A program made the translations under genes and the position numbers. DNA of 63,919 nucleotides, counting the filler, from Chiloscyllium plagiosum (taxonomy: Eukaryota): the NCBI RefSeq assembly GCF_004010195.1. It is 5 parts of one record of this genome, joined end to end, with 100 filler letters (N's around TTAATTAATTAA, not from the genome) between each part and the next. Parts side by side here need not be neighbours in the genome. Positions count along the whole stretch, not along the records: positions 60,915 to 63,919 come from NC_057716.1; 4 more parts are not named here. The stretch is one strand, 5' to 3'. Each line of letters begins with the position of its first letter. Position 1 is the first letter of the stretch. The notes below the pieces were generated by a model. That model worked only from the letters and a program-made list of their open reading frames with translations, did not search any database and was not told the origin of the DNA. Positions 62,911-63,919 of this stretch are shown in pieces.

Positions 62911-63919
62911 CAAACGTGAGCAACAGACCTAAGTTGATGGGGTGGAGGGGTTGGCGTTGAGTGTTGTAATTCGGAGAACGATTGCAAGATTGATGAACAA
63001 GATATAAAGAGCGAGAGATAGAAGTCAGACGCCGAGATGGGAAAATAGGGAAAACAAGATTATTGACATAAGTAGATGTCCTTCTCTATTTGTTTTGGCA
63101 ATCTCTATGTGCTGTATGTACAACAGAATAATATGTTCAAATGCTAGTTTTCATGCTTGGTCTGATGCCAGAAATTCAATCTCCAATAATATGGCAGACA
63201 TCCACTGTTGGCAGAATCCAGAAGGCCAACGTAATGATGTCGAGGTAGAAAGTTGATGAACTGAAGTAAGGTGGGACACCAATGGCAGAAATGGATAACA
63301 CACATAGTAAAAAGTTCGACAAACGAGATCAGGGACTCCCAGAGAGGGGGAATCCTTGACATAAGATTAACATAACATCTCTGCTGAATATCACATTATG
63401 TTTTATGAAGATTATGCATCATGTGCATCATATTTTGATAAATGTTTCTACGTAGTGCATTCTGAATGCCTTGTGCGCATCCGAGCAAACGTACCTGTCT
63501 GCACACACGCACTAAACAATATGGATACAAACAGCTGTTGTCAATTCCATTTCAAGTTATTCTATCATGTTTTCAATGTCACTCGCCATTACTTCTTCCA
63601 AATGTTTCTTTTATTTCTCTCGGATATGTCACTTTATTCTTCTCCAGTCTCAGCAGCCATTGTCCACTATTCATTCATTTTTCTTCAGGTTGTCTCATCG
63701 ATCCTGTTTCTGATCTTTCAATACCAAGAATCAAAACAATCGTAGATTTGACATTTATTTTTTGGTTCAGGCCAAAAAATCTGAAAACGAAAGGGTGTAT
63801 AATTGTGCACTAAGATGTTTGCAGTTTCAGAAAGAAAATTATTGAAGTGTGTCTCTTTAAAGACAAAATGTTGCATTGCCAGAGCAGCTAGAGAAAAGTT
63901 TGAAGAAATCCGCATTTCC

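Larger units (their letters stand above)
61700..63480 (-). pseudogene. env: Decayed endogenous retrovirus env (gamma-type envelope; TM ectodomain clear, SU remnants tentative), interrupted by a CR1 fragment
   Basis: Minus strand 61954-61844 translates to IALQNCLELDYLLEAQGSHGVVISSNCCTYIPDASDN, matching the ISD (LQNRxxLDxL) and a degenerate CX6CC-TYIP. Heptad-like ...LIERETNFT... lies upstream, NGLVWL(C) at ~62201-62226, and RCYV..SRIP at ~63349-63386. Multiple stops and frameshifts. Confidence 0.75.

Noticed and set aside
63398..63813. Two 115-aa plus-strand ORFs
   Set aside because: Overlapping, low-information translations with no recognisable motif.

Overview
Eukaryotic, very repeat-rich vertebrate genomic DNA. 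The repeat set (HE1-type tRNA-derived SINEs, abundant CR1 LINEs, Penelope-like elements) points to a cartilaginous fish, probably a shark; this is inference. The window is almost entirely intronic sequence of a + strand contactin-associated protein-like gene (CNTNAP3/4/5 clade, closest by eye to CNTNAP5). Two coding exons are present: 48651-48835 (185 bp) and 53095-53238 (144 bp), encoding the end of laminin-G domain 1. The rest is a nest of CR1, L2-like, Rex1/Babar-like and Penelope-like retroelements, SINEs, LTR/Gypsy remnants, a Tigger-like MITE, two minisatellites and five assembly gaps (four with an artificial TTAATTAATTAA linker). Most notable hidden signals: (1) a decayed retroviral gamma-type env on the - strand near the right end, missed by the ORF track, with a tandemly duplicated immunosuppressive domain; (2) minimal hammerhead ribozyme motifs in Penelope terminal repeats, including short TSD-flanked and fold-back copies; (3) an inverted LTR pair with a flipped tRNA-Ala primer-binding site; (4) an SVA-like composite element (CAAGATGG head + VNTR + Rex1/Babar-like tail). 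All calls are by eye, without database searches, and repeat boundaries are approximate unless TSDs are given.
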